A stretch of 64,000 nt of DNA from Macrostomum lignano (Eukaryota): assembly GCA_002269645.1 (NCBI GenBank), contig NIVC01001979.1:1-64000 (forward strand), given 5' to 3'. Of this stretch, positions 63,365 through 64,000 are shown one piece after another. Every line of letters begins with the position of its first letter. The stretch's first letter is position 1. The notes under the pieces are model-generated. The model was not told the DNA's origin. It ran no database searches and saw only the letters and a program-made list of their open reading frames with translations. The position numbers and the translations under genes were made by a program.

Positions 63365-64000
63365 CCTCGTCAATGTCTGGCGGCAGTCCGCCCACGAACA
63401 CTTTCCGACTGTACCGCTCCTCCCGCAGGCTGCTGCTAACACCGCCGTCTCCGTAGTAGCAGGCGGCAGCGGCAGCTCCCGGATCAGCGGCGCCGAGACC
63501 GTCGACCCCAGCCAGAAGATCGATTGAGTCGAGCAGCTGGCTGTCCAGACAGGCGCGCAGGCTGTCCAGCGGGTTGGCAGACCAGGAGTCGTTTGATGAC
63601 TGCGCTGACCGACGGGCCAGCGACTGCTGCTGCTGCTGACCGGCCGGAGACCAGGAGCCGTGGTTTCCGCCGCTGCCACCGCCGCCGTGGCGCTGCTGCC
63701 ACTTGCTGGTGACGGTCCAAGCGCTGGACGGCGACAAGCCTGGCGACCTCTGGCTGGTTGTACCGAGCTTCTGCTGCTGACTGTGCGGCTGGCCGTAGCT
63801 GCAGTAGCCGGCAGATCGCTGGCCAGTGATAGGCCTGGCCGGGCCGGCCGCCAGCGACCGCCTGCCGCCGAATCCGGTGTGGCGACCGCTGTAGGTGGCA
63901 TCGTCTGGCGGCCAGGAGGCCTGCGAGCTCAAACTCGGCTGCTGCTGCTGCTGCGGCTGCTGCAGGCTGGCGAAAAGCGAGGCGAAATCGGCGGGCCCCA
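63365..64000 (-). CDS. CPEB2: CPEB large exon: Q/S/G-rich N-terminal region to start of RRM1 (ERYSRKVFVGGLPPDIDE); 5' end outside window
   Basis: The frame is open to the window edge (GPADFASLFASLQQPQQQQQPSLSSQ...); donor G|GTGAGT at 63364. Confidence 0.9.

Overview
Eukaryotic (metazoan) genomic DNA, not prokaryotic: it has GT-AG introns, GC-rich exons and AT-rich spacers, and roughly 35-40% (hand estimate) of the window is about 35 different mini/microsatellite arrays. The style suggests a free-living flatworm such as Macrostomum (inference only). Six spliced or intronless genes can be reconstructed by hand. (1) A p75NTR/NGFR-like TNF-receptor on the minus strand (5 coding exons over 2833-25935: signal peptide, 4 CRDs, stalk, IPVYC transmembrane helix, death domain, polyQ tail), with three apparent -1 frameshifts in one exon. 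(2) A slicer-intact Piwi (+). (3) An intronless, very basic ependymin-related secreted protein (-). (4) RTN4IP1-like oxidoreductase (-). (5) An AF9/ENL-like YEATS+AHD protein (+) with an altered acyl-lysine pocket. (6) A CPEB2/3/4 (Orb2)-class RNA-binding protein (-) truncated by the window edge. Most long ORFs in the supplied track are artefacts of tandem repeats. The most unusual observations are two diverged copies of a ~80-bp structured element with 13-14-bp target-site duplications and covarying stems, the tendency of tandem arrays to begin just outside splice signals (which pointed to the NGFR signal-peptide exon), a 3.3-kb G-quadruplex-type GGGATC array, and splice acceptors 3-15 nt upstream of three start codons (possible SL trans-splicing). 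Repeat boundaries are approximate (+/-20 bp).
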